DNA of 24,000 bases, taken from assembly GCF_031292485.1 (NCBI RefSeq), contig NZ_JARLHA010000038.1; one strand, given 5' to 3'. The notes beneath the pieces were generated by a model that saw only the letters and a program-made list of their open reading frames with translations, was not told the DNA's origin and did not search any database. The position numbers and the translations under genes are program-made. This document shows, in pieces, positions 6,948 through 14,873 of this stretch. Source of the DNA: Mucilaginibacter sp. Its GTDB lineage: Bacteria; Bacteroidota; Bacteroidia; Sphingobacteriales; Sphingobacteriaceae. Position 1 is the first letter of the stretch, and every line of letters starts with the position of its first letter.

Positions 6948-7523
6948 ATGGTAAAAAAAATGGCCGCAAATACCTTTAAACTAACGGTACATATGGTTTC
7001 AAGTCTTGATGGCTATATCGCCAAAAAAGACAATAGCGTTTCGTGGTTTGAGACTACTGATCGCTACGAGAAAGGTGTTACTGTTAGTGAAAAGGAAATG
7101 GGCGATTTTCTGAAATCGATAGATTGCTATATAATGGGGTCCCGGACTTACGAACATGCCCTTGAACTTTCAAAAGCACATGGCTGGCCTTATGGCGATT
7201 TGCCAACCATTGTAGTAACGCACAGAAACCTGCCCGTTGAGCGGCCCAATATTGAAGTTTATACAGGCGACCTGGAAAAATTGGTGAATGGACAACTGAA
7301 ACCAAAGTATAAAAATGTTTGGCTGGCGGGCGGCGCAAAGCTTGCGCGGGAGTTCATCCGCTTAAAACTTGCAGACGAAATAAGGCTATCCATTGTACCC
7401 ATTATGTTAGGCGACGGAACCCCGTTTTTTGACCATGCAGGACAGGAGCAGGAATTGCACCTTCAGGATGTTACCGCTTACAAAAATGGCATGGTGGAGT
7501 TGTGTTATGAAATAAAAAAGTAA
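6948..7523 (+). CDS. dihydrofolate reductase family protein (RibD C-terminal domain)
   Basis: 191-aa ORF with VSSLDGYIAKKDNSVSWF...IMGSRTYE...VWLAGGAKLAREF pattern. The start could instead be the Met at 6960. Confidence 0.8.
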   Translation: MVKKMAANTFKLTVHMVSSLDGYIAKKDNSVSWFETTDRYEKGVTVSEKEMGDFLKSIDCYIMGSRTYEHALELSKAHGWPYGDLPTIVVTHRNLPVERPNIEVYTGDLEKLVNGQLKPKYKNVWLAGGAKLAREFIRLKLADEIRLSIVPIMLGDGTPFFDHAGQEQELHLQDVTAYKNGMVELCYEIKK

Positions 7524-7560
7524 TAACAGGTGTATGCATGCCCGGGAGCTCTGTCTTCGC

Positions 7561-8883
7561 TTATTTACTCTTTAGCATCCCCGTTTTGATCAATTTCAGC
7601 GACTTTTCCATCTCCACATCTTTAACCTCACCTTTTAAACTTACAAATGGTTCAACCGGTACATCGGGTTTAATACCGATGTTGATATAATCGGTCCCGT
7701 TGGGCAGTGCATCGCGTTTGGCACAGATCCTGACCGTAAATCCTTTGGGTATTTCAAAAAATTCAGGCTGCCCGGATGTGCCCGCCGTGGTTTGGCCCAC
7801 CCTTGTTACATTTTTGCTGCCGAGCAGGTAGATCAAAAAATCTTCGGCGGCCGAAGCTGTATTTGCCGAGGTCAGGATGAAAACAGGCATGTTTAACCGC
7901 TTTAAAGTATCGGCGATGCTGATGGTGTCGCTGGGGTGGACCTCCCAACTGTCTCGGGATAAATAGAGGGTTTTTACATCTTTCTTGTACAGCACTTTGT
8001 CGGCAGATTCCCAGGCGCGCTTGGCCGCGTTGCTGGTGCGGGCGCGCCATTGCGGCCCTAGCATAAACGGCTTGCCGGTAAGGTATTTGGCAATTTGTAT
8101 GGCATAATCGTCGTTCCCGCCGCTATTTTTGCGGATATCAAAGATAAGGGTTTTGTGCTTCCTCAGCTGCGGCAATACTTTTTTAAAGCTGTCAACCATG
8201 GTCGAATCGCCGAAGGTATTGATGGCCACATAAGCAATTTTTGGCGACAGGCTTTGGTATTTAAAATCAAAATTAGCGGATTGTGCCTGTACCGGGTACC
8301 ATTTAAGGGTATGCGCCCTGAACAGCAGATTTTGGTTTCGAAGAATAGTTACGTTCGTGGCTTTTTTTTCAGGGGTGATGATTGAAAGGGTTAGCGGCGT
8401 ATTGTTAAAATAAAACCAGCCTTCGCCCGCCGAAAAATCGTTCCAGTTTTGCCCGTTAAACTTCACAATTTCGGAACCGACGGGGATACTGTCCTTCAGC
8501 GACACTTCAACCGCGGTCACATATCGTTTGCCCTGGTATAATATCGCTTCAACCGGAGGTGAGTCGATTTCGTTCCAATAAAATTGTTGAGTCATTACCG
8601 AAGTATGTCCGTCTTTTAGCTGTTTGGTAAAGCTGCTTAATACCCTGAAGTACTCCAGTACGTTTTTGGTTTTAAGGATTTTTGGAATGTACGCCCGGTA
8701 TAGGCTATCCCAGTTTAACTGGGGCTGCCGGTCGAAAAACGCGAAGTTATAGTCAGCCTCTTTCCAGATCATCGAAAGGGCATAAAGTTTGTCCTCACTG
8801 CTAACAGTATCCTGCATCGATTGGGATTGAACCCTGGCGATACCACATATTACAAGGAAAAGGAATACGATAAGCTTTTTCAT
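7561..8883 (-). CDS. S41 family peptidase (tail-specific protease-like), secreted
   Basis: 440-aa ORF with a signal peptide. LIFDIRKNSGGNDDYA and ILTSANTASAAEDF are S41 catalytic-region motifs. Confidence 0.85.
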   Translation of the reverse strand: MKKLIVFLFLVICGIARVQSQSMQDTVSSEDKLYALSMIWKEADYNFAFFDRQPQLNWDSLYRAYIPKILKTKNVLEYFRVLSSFTKQLKDGHTSVMTQQFYWNEIDSPPVEAILYQGKRYVTAVEVSLKDSIPVGSEIVKFNGQNWNDFSAGEGWFYFNNTPLTLSIITPEKKATNVTILRNQNLLFRAHTLKWYPVQAQSANFDFKYQSLSPKIAYVAINTFGDSTMVDSFKKVLPQLRKHKTLIFDIRKNSGGNDDYAIQIAKYLTGKPFMLGPQWRARTSNAAKRAWESADKVLYKKDVKTLYLSRDSWEVHPSDTISIADTLKRLNMPVFILTSANTASAAEDFLIYLLGSKNVTRVGQTTAGTSGQPEFFEIPKGFTVRICAKRDALPNGTDYINIGIKPDVPVEPFVSLKGEVKDVEMEKSLKLIKTGMLKSK

Positions 8884-8960
8884 GACGGTTTATTTGTGGG
8901 GTTTAAGTTAATATAATCGTTGGAAAATCCGAAATTGTTTTTGGGAGGGGCACTTACAAT

Positions 8961-9010
8961 GTCGTCGGCATCAAACTACGGATTGCGATGCCCCTGGACG
9001 ATGTCTTTCT
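8961..9010 (+). repeat. REP-like element copy H (degenerate)
   Basis: GTCGTCGGCATCAAACTACGGATTGCGATGCCCCTGGACGATGTCTTTCTC. Confidence 0.45.
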
Positions 9011-9070
9011 CAAAAACTCAATATCCTCCAAGAAGCCTTTTGTCATTCCTGCCTAATTTTTTAAATAAAA

Positions 9071-9122
9071 CGGAACGTTCGTTCCAAAATACATTTATGT
9101 TTGCGGAACGATTATTCCAAAT
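9071..9122. promoter_or_regulatory. duplicated operator-like element flanking the SDR -7 box
   Basis: CGGAACGTTCGTTCCAAAA (9071-9089) and CGGAACGATTATTCCAAAT (9104-9122) match at 15 of 19 positions. The first copy contains GGAACG-TT-CGTTCC. Confidence 0.4.
9096..9103 (+). promoter_or_regulatory. candidate -7 box (TAnnTTTG) for the SDR gene
   Basis: TATGTTTG, 43 nt upstream of the ATG at 9146, bracketed by the duplicated 19-nt element. Confidence 0.4.
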
Positions 9123-9145
9123 ATTGAAAATTAATCCTATACAAC

Positions 9146-9895
9146 ATGAAAAAGTTAGCAAACAAAGTAGCAGTAATAACAGGGGCATCCAAAGGGATTG
9201 GCGCAGGTATAGCCAAAAGCCTGGCGGCCGAAGGGGCTTCCGTGGTGGTAAATTATGCGTCCGCAAAGACTGGTGCGGATAAAGTAGTGGCAGAGATCGT
9301 CGCCAACGGCGGTAAAGCTATCGCTGTACAGGGTAATGTATCCAAAGCAGAAGACGTAACCCGCCTTTTTGCCGAAACCACCAAAGCCTTTGGCGCGGTA
9401 GACATCCTGGTGAATAACGCCGGCGTTTACAAGTTTGGAGCGATTGAGCAGATCAACGAAGCAGATTTTCACCATCAATTCGATACCAATGTATTAGGAT
9501 TGTTGCTGGCCACCCAGGGTGCACTTAAAACCTTTAACCAGGATGGCGGAAGTATCATCAACATCGGTTCGGTGGCGAGCAGTATTGCCCCGGCTGGCAG
9601 TTCTGTTTATACCGCCACAAAAGGCGCAATTGATGCCATTACCCATGTATTGTCTAAAGAGCTTGGTTCAAGGAAGATCAGGGTAAACTCCATCAACCCG
9701 GGCATGGTTGAAACAGAAGGTACGCATAGTGCCGGCTTTATCGGCAGTGATTTCCAGGCAGAACAAGAGCGTATCGCACCGCTGGGCCGTATAGGCCAGC
9801 CCGAAGATATCGCGCTGGTGGCCGTATTCCTGGCGTCCGAAGAATCACGCTGGTTAACCGGCGAAACCTTGCTGGCCGGCGGCGGGGTGCGGTAA
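9146..9895 (+). CDS. SDR family oxidoreductase
   Basis: 249-aa ORF. TGASKGIGAGIA (TGxxxGxG), NNAG and YTATKGA (YxxxK) motifs. Confidence 0.9.
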   Translation: MKKLANKVAVITGASKGIGAGIAKSLAAEGASVVVNYASAKTGADKVVAEIVANGGKAIAVQGNVSKAEDVTRLFAETTKAFGAVDILVNNAGVYKFGAIEQINEADFHHQFDTNVLGLLLATQGALKTFNQDGGSIINIGSVASSIAPAGSSVYTATKGAIDAITHVLSKELGSRKIRVNSINPGMVETEGTHSAGFIGSDFQAEQERIAPLGRIGQPEDIALVAVFLASEESRWLTGETLLAGGGVR

Positions 9896-9901
9896 TTTGA
9901 G

Positions 9902-10042
9902 GAAAGAACCAGGAGTCAAGAACCAGGAGTCAAGATGAAAAAGAAAATGGCGAGGATTTAAGGTGCCGATAAATTTTAACAATCTGCACATCTGAAATCT
10001 GCACATTTGCACATCAATCCTGGCTCTTGATTCTTGACTCTT
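9902..10042. repeat. word palindrome a (heptamer words AACCAGG/AGTCAAG; nested ATCTGCAC array)
   Basis: The left arm is AGAACCAGGAGTCA x2 (9905-9932). The right arm is TCCTGGCTCTTGATTCTTGACTCTT (10018-10042). The spacer carries AATCTGCACATCTGAAATCTGCACATTTGCACATC (9981-10015). Confidence 0.75.
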
Positions 10043-10051
10043 ACTAAAATT

Positions 10052-10085
10052 GAATAGCTTTGCTTAATTACAGGCAAGGCTATTC
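10052..10085. promoter_or_regulatory. inverted repeat overlapping the TetR -7 box (candidate autoregulatory operator or 5' UTR hairpin)
   Basis: GAATAGCTTTGC-N10-GCAAGGCTATTC. 12-nt arms with one mismatch. Confidence 0.4.
10055..10062 (+). promoter_or_regulatory. candidate -7 box (TAnnTTTG) for the TetR gene
   Basis: TAGCTTTG, 30 nt upstream of the ATG at 10092. Confidence 0.4.
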
Positions 10086-10091
10086 CGCATT

Positions 10092-10673
10092 ATGGCAAGA
10101 ACAAAAGATTTTGATGAAAATGAAGTGCTGGGTAAAGCCATAGATATTTTTTGGCATAAAGGATATAACGGTACCTCGATGCAGGACCTGGTTGACGGGC
10201 TCGGCATCAGCCGTTCAAGCCTTTATGACACCTATGGCGACAAACATACGCTGTTTATGAAGGCATTGGAAAGCTATCAAAATGAAGGCTCTGGTAAAGT
10301 TGGTGCGATCATAAACAGTGGCGCATCATCAAAAGAGATCATAAAAAACCTGCTTGAATATATAATAGATGGATTGCTGGGCGACCAAAAACATAAAGGT
10401 TGTTTTATGGTAAACGCCGAGGTTGAAGTCGCCCCGCACGATAAGGAAGTTAGTCAAATTGTTTGCGCCAATGACCAGCAGGTGGAAGATGCTTTTTACC
10501 ACGTGATCAAAAAAGGGCAGGATAAAGGCGAAATTACCAACCGGCAGGATGCCAGGGCGCTGGCCCGGTTTACCTTTAACACGGTAAAAGGCATCCGGGT
10601 AACGGCAAAATCAACGACCGATAAAACAGTGTTTGACGATATTGTCAGGCTGGCTTTAGCTATCCTCGAATAA
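10092..10673 (+). CDS. TetR/AcrR family transcriptional regulator
   Basis: 193-aa ORF. N-terminal HTH pattern AIDIFWHKGYNGTSMQDLVDGLGISRSSLYDTYGDKHTLF. Confidence 0.9.
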   Translation: MARTKDFDENEVLGKAIDIFWHKGYNGTSMQDLVDGLGISRSSLYDTYGDKHTLFMKALESYQNEGSGKVGAIINSGASSKEIIKNLLEYIIDGLLGDQKHKGCFMVNAEVEVAPHDKEVSQIVCANDQQVEDAFYHVIKKGQDKGEITNRQDARALARFTFNTVKGIRVTAKSTTDKTVFDDIVRLALAILE

Positions 10674-11088
10674 ATCGTTTGTCGCCGGTTCACAACTTCC
10701 AAATACTAATGCCTCTGCCCCTTAACTATTATGACCCTATATTCTCGTTTTTTATGAAAATCACCTAATCAATGCCCTCAATAGGATACACTTTTACCGG
10801 CTGGATTGATGGGCCTGCTATATAAGGGTTATGGCACAATTTTTATCCTTATATCAGCACAACTTAAAAACCCGTATTATGAAAAACACCGCAACTAAAA
10901 CCACTATTACGCTAAAAGCTATTCAACGTGAACTAAAGGCCATTTTAGAAACTGACATCAGGAAATTTACTTCGCCCCAATATGTAAATATCAGAAATGC
11001 CGCATTCCTGCAATTAATAGCTATTTGATTATTGCCGGCACAACTGTGTTTGCAAGTCCATATCTTTATATCATCTATTAAAAACACT

Positions 11089-11589
11089 ATGGAAAATACA
11101 AAACCTGCACCAATAACCTTTAGCGCCAATGAAGGGGAAAATATTTCAGTAGTTGGCGACACCTACCGTATCCTGGCCTCGGGTAAGCAAACAGGCGGGG
11201 CATTTGCAACTATTGATATGCTGGTACCGCCGGGCGGTGGCCCCGGGCCTCATTCGCACCCGGATTTTCAGGAAACCTTTTATATAATTGAAGGCGAAAT
11301 TGAGGTGAAATCAGAAGTCTCCACCTATATCGCCACAAAAGGTTCTTATGTTGTTATTCCAAAGGGGGGCATCATTCATTGCTTTAAAAATAAATCGGAC
11401 ACCCTCGCTCATCTGCTATGTACCGTGATTCCTTCAGGACTCGAAGAAATGTTCATCGCCATCGGTACGCCGATTGAGCCGGGCACATTTTTACCGCCAC
11501 CGCCAATGGATGCCGAAAGCATCGGACAACTGGTAAAAATTGCAGAAAAATATGGCCAGAAAGTTTATCCGCCCGATTTTTTAGGATAA
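11089..11589 (+). CDS. cupin domain protein
   Basis: The ORF is open from 11032, but MENTKPAPITF at 11089 is the more plausible start. GPGPHSHPDFQETFYIIEGEIEV and IPKGGIHCF-type cupin motifs. Confidence 0.75.
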   Translation: MENTKPAPITFSANEGENISVVGDTYRILASGKQTGGAFATIDMLVPPGGGPGPHSHPDFQETFYIIEGEIEVKSEVSTYIATKGSYVVIPKGGIIHCFKNKSDTLAHLLCTVIPSGLEEMFIAIGTPIEPGTFLPPPPMDAESIGQLVKIAEKYGQKVYPPDFLG

Positions 11590-11663
11590 CAGGCGGCAAG
11601 TCTGCGCGGCTAATAATATATAAAATTTCTATTGGTTAATTGCCTTAATATCAAATAAGTAAT

Positions 11664-11671
11664 TAGATTTG
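11664..11671 (+). promoter_or_regulatory. candidate -7 box (TAnnTTTG) for lipoprotein paralog 1
   Basis: TAGATTTG, 21 nt upstream of the ATG at 11692. Confidence 0.35.
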
Positions 11672-11691
11672 ATTAGCCAATTTTATCTGTT

Positions 11692-12360
11692 ATGAAAAAG
11701 ATATCTCTGCTTGCCGTCCTGGTTATGCCTGCGTTCTTTTTTACAGGCTGCAAAAAAAGTTCAGGTAATTCTCCGGTTGCACCGTCATCAGCTGACTCTT
11801 ACCTGCCGGTTACCGCAGGTTCATCCTGGGATTATTACGCACAGGTTGCAGGCTATACTGATACCATCAGCATAAAAATGACAGGTTCAACAACCAGAAT
11901 AAACGGTGCCGATTTTTTTACGGCCACCGGTGTTTCGCATTTTAATAAAACGATAGTTGAGAATTTTTATGAAGCCAACCACCTTTATGTGGAGCGTTAT
12001 ACCATTGGAGGCGATATTTATGCAACCAATATTGATGTGGTTTTATTAAACGATTCGTTGGCTGTGGGCCATTCTTTTACCGCAGCTGTAACCACCATTG
12101 GCGGCGTTGACGTGCCGCTGATGAGGATAATCAATACCACAGTTGAAAAAAACATTACGAAAGTAGTCGGCGGACAAAGTTTTTCGGGAGTGATCCATAC
12201 CCGGGTAGACTTGCAGTACAATACAGGTAGCGGTTTTGAAACCAACTCAATTTACGACTACTTTATGGCTAAAGGCATCGGCATTATTGAAATGGATTCA
12301 AGCGTGCCCGGCGGCGCTGTTGATGAAACCCAAACAATAATGAATTATACAGTTAAATAA
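11692..12360 (+). CDS. lipoprotein, uncharacterised family (paralog 1 of 3)
   Basis: 222-aa ORF with lipobox FFFTGC. Shares YxPxTxGSxWxY, NHxY, LNDxxxxGH, PxxRxxNT, VIHxxVDLQY and GIGxIE blocks with 13214..13879 and 14008..14694. Confidence 0.7.
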   Translation: MKKISLLAVLVMPAFFFTGCKKSSGNSPVAPSSADSYLPVTAGSSWDYYAQVAGYTDTISIKMTGSTTRINGADFFTATGVSHFNKTIVENFYEANHLYVERYTIGGDIYATNIDVVLLNDSLAVGHSFTAAVTTIGGVDVPLMRIINTTVEKNITKVVGGQSFSGVIHTRVDLQYNTGSGFETNSIYDYFMAKGIGIIEMDSSVPGGAVDETQTIMNYTVK

Positions 12361-12556
12361 ACTTATAAAAGTTATTTTTTGCACAATTTTATGCCTAAAG
12401 CTACAGGAAAATAGATGGAGGTGCAATAAGAACATCGAATCCCATATCGCGTTATTATTAAAAAAATCAAACGGTTTTACCAGGTTGTTTTAAAATGCCA
12501 TTCGCTTTGCTATTTTTACAGCGCGTTTGTAATTACCCGAAACAAACAGAGACCCT

Positions 12557-13018
12557 ATGATAATTATAAAAAATTACCCCGAGTTTGAAAGCTACTTAGG
12601 TAAGGAGTTAGGTGTGTCAGGCTGGCATACCATTACGCAGGAGCAAATAGATAAGTTTGCCGATGCAACCATTGATCACCAGTGGATCCATACCGACGTT
12701 AAAAGAGCCCAAACAGAGAGCCCTTTTAAAGCGACCATTGCGCATGGTTATTTAACGGTTTCGCTGCTGCCTTATTTCTGGCACCAGATAGCAGATGTAC
12801 AAAACCTTAAAATGCAGATCAATTACAGTATTGAAAGTATCCGTTTTGCGCAACCCGTGATAGTGAACAGCCAGGTGCGGCTTAAAGCTAAACTGGTGGC
12901 TATTGTTAATTTAAGGGGTATCACCAAAGCTACCATTGGTGTTGAAATGGAAATTGACGGGCAGAAAAAACCCGCTTATACAGGCGAGGTGGTTTTTCTT
13001 TACCATTTCATCGATTGA
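12557..13018 (+). CDS. MaoC family dehydratase (hot-dog fold, enoyl-CoA hydratase 2-like)
   Basis: 153-aa ORF. ITQEQIDKFADATIDHQWIHTDVKRA...IAHGYLTVSLL is the MaoC dehydratase pattern. Confidence 0.85.
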   Translation: MIIIKNYPEFESYLGKELGVSGWHTITQEQIDKFADATIDHQWIHTDVKRAQTESPFKATIAHGYLTVSLLPYFWHQIADVQNLKMQINYSIESIRFAQPVIVNSQVRLKAKLVAIVNLRGITKATIGVEMEIDGQKKPAYTGEVVFLYHFID

Positions 13019-13026
13019 GTAATAAA

Positions 13027-13152
13027 AGCCAGGAGCCAAGAATCAAGAGTCAAGAGCCAGGAGTCACGAACAGAGAGAACCAGATTTGATTTTTTTTATA
13101 GCCAGTAGCAATTTTTATCCTGATTCTCGGCTTTTGACTCTTGATTCTTTCC
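13027..13152. repeat. word palindrome b (same AGCCAGG/AGTCAAG word family as a)
   Basis: The left arm is AGCCAGG AGCCAAG AATCAAG AGTCAAG AGCCAGG AGTCACG AACAGAG AGAACCA (13027-13083). The right arm is CCTGATT CTCGGCT TTTGACT CTTGATT CTTTCC (13119-13152). Confidence 0.8.
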
Positions 13153-13213
13153 CTCCGCGCAATATTTTCTTCATTTCAATGTTTACATTGTAACCTGTAA
13201 GTAATAAACCTTA

Positions 13214-13879
13214 ATGAAGAAAATCTTTACCCTTATTTTAGCATTTGCAGCCCTATTCATCAGCAGTTGCAAAAAAGATTCAAAACAAAATCCGGTTACC
13301 AATTCAACTGACAACGATTACTTTCCATTAACGTCTAATTCAACCTGGAAATACCTGGTAACCGGGGCAGGCGGAAGTGATACCCTTACGGTTAAACTTG
13401 GCGTTGGTGCCACCGTTATCAACGGGAAAACCTATTATAATACCAATAGCATGTACCAGAAAATGGGCGGAAATGTCGGCTATTTTTTCAGAAAAAACCA
13501 CCTGTATGGCTCCAACTCTTCTAACGCAACAGCCGGGCTAACCATTGAATTCGAGTTTTTGAATGATACCACCGCAGCCGGACATAGCTGGATAAGCTTA
13601 CCCACGGTGAATGGACTGCTGAACAGTGTGCCGGTGCGTACTGTAAATACGATAAAGGAAGTTAACATCAGCAGAACCATCGGCGGGAAAACATTTACCA
13701 ACGTTATTCATGCAGAGGTTGACCTTCAGTACGATTATGGGGGAGGATACGAAAGTTCGGCAGTTTACGAATTTTATTTTGCAAGGGGGATAGGTATGAT
13801 AGAAAATACAACCAATATATCAGGAAATATTTATGAAAAAGAAAGTATTATCAGCTATGATATTGCCCCCGCGCTTTAA
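13214..13879 (+). CDS. lipoprotein, uncharacterised family (paralog 2 of 3)
   Basis: 221-aa ORF with lipobox LFISSC. Conserved blocks shared with the other two paralogs. Confidence 0.7.
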   Translation: MKKIFTLILAFAALFISSCKKDSKQNPVTNSTDNDYFPLTSNSTWKYLVTGAGGSDTLTVKLGVGATVINGKTYYNTNSMYQKMGGNVGYFFRKNHLYGSNSSNATAGLTIEFEFLNDTTAAGHSWISLPTVNGLLNSVPVRTVNTIKEVNISRTIGGKTFTNVIHAEVDLQYDYGGGYESSAVYEFYFARGIGMIENTTNISGNIYEKESIISYDIAPAL

Positions 13880-14007
13880 TAGATAGTAACCTGATAACCG
13901 GGTTTTTACAGGGGAAATTACTTGATTGTTGATATGTTGAATGTTTTACCCCTGAATTATTTTTTTTATTATCAATATTTGAGCGATAAATTATTGATAG
14001 ATCACTG

Positions 14008-14694
14008 ATGCGCAAAAACTTATTTGTCATATTGGCTTTACTGACAATTGGTTTTTCAAGCTGTAATAAAAATCCTTATAAGGCCGCACCTCCTTTAACA
14101 GCGTATAGCTATTTTCCGCAAACCTATGGTTCCACCTGGCGGTACCGCGACTCGATTTTTGGGGAGGCTACCAATCCAATAGCTATTTATGGTATTAAAA
14201 ACGACACACTGACCTATACCCTGAACGGCGCGACTACCGATTTTAACAGCAAAATAAGTTATGACGTGCAGGTGTCTTCCCGTCTTTTTTCGCCGCATAT
14301 TGCCGATTTTTTTGCCGGTAATCATATTTACGAACTGATTGAACCCACCCTGGCCTTCGGAATGATTGATCTGCAAATTTTGAATGATACAGCACATGCA
14401 GGCTACACCTGGAACAGTACGCCTTCATTAACAACATTACTCCACAACAGCCCGGTGCGTACCATCAATACCATCGTTGAAACAGGTATCACGAAGATTG
14501 AGGCGGGAAGAATTTATACCAGCGTGACGCACACAGCGATTAATTTTCAGATCAATATTAATAACCAGGGATTTTACAATATCGCCCATTTTGATTTTTA
14601 TCTTGCCGGCGATGTTGGGATCATTGAAAAAGACGCTTATTATTACGGCTACTTAAATGAAACGGAGACGATTGTTGATTTCCACATCGATTAG
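14008..14694 (+). CDS. lipoprotein, uncharacterised family (paralog 3 of 3, most divergent)
   Basis: 228-aa ORF with lipobox IGFSSC. SYFPQTYGSTWRY, GNHIY, LNDTAHAGYTW, SPVRTINTI and VGIIEKD blocks. Confidence 0.7.
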   Translation: MRKNLFVILALLTIGFSSCNKNPYKAAPPLTAYSYFPQTYGSTWRYRDSIFGEATNPIAIYGIKNDTLTYTLNGATTDFNSKISYDVQVSSRLFSPHIADFFAGNHIYELIEPTLAFGMIDLQILNDTAHAGYTWNSTPSLTTLLHNSPVRTINTIVETGITKIEAGRIYTSVTHTAINFQININNQGFYNIAHFDFYLAGDVGIIEKDAYYYGYLNETETIVDFHID

Positions 14695-14851
14695 TGTCAA
14701 TGCATAGCTTTAGTTATAAGTCAATCGTATGCTTTTCTGAATCAGGACTTAAGACACTCTGCTAAGCATCAATTCGTAATTGTCACGATGCCCTGTCGTC
14801 AAATTATCTCTTATTCCATAAAACTTTACAATCGCTCCACAACCGCTTCCG

Positions 14852-14859
14852 TATTTTTG
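14852..14859 (+). promoter_or_regulatory. candidate -7 box (TAnnTTTG) for the LLM oxidoreductase
   Basis: TATTTTTG, 15 nt upstream of the ATG at 14874. Confidence 0.35.
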
Positions 14860-14873
14860 TGTTGTAAAATAAT

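Noticed and set aside
7536-7551. GCATGCCCGGGAGCTC: consecutive SphI, SmaI and SacI sites resembling a cloning polylinker
   Set aside because: This is an isolated 16-mer in the 37-nt gap between two convergent native genes, with no other vector-like sequence around it. It is more likely a GC-rich palindromic terminator stem or coincidence.
10831-11028. 65-aa ORF (or 49 aa from MKNTATK at 10879) in the 415-nt gap between the TetR and cupin genes
   Set aside because: No recognisable motif, no hydrophobic or signal features, and no -7 box noticed upstream. It cannot be supported beyond being open, though the long gap remains unexplained.
11032-11088. 19-codon N-terminal extension of the cupin ORF (MPAQLCLQVHIFISSIKNT)
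   Set aside because: The extension is Cys/hydrophobic-rich with no homology logic. The second Met (MENTKPAPITF) gives a typical cupin N-terminus.
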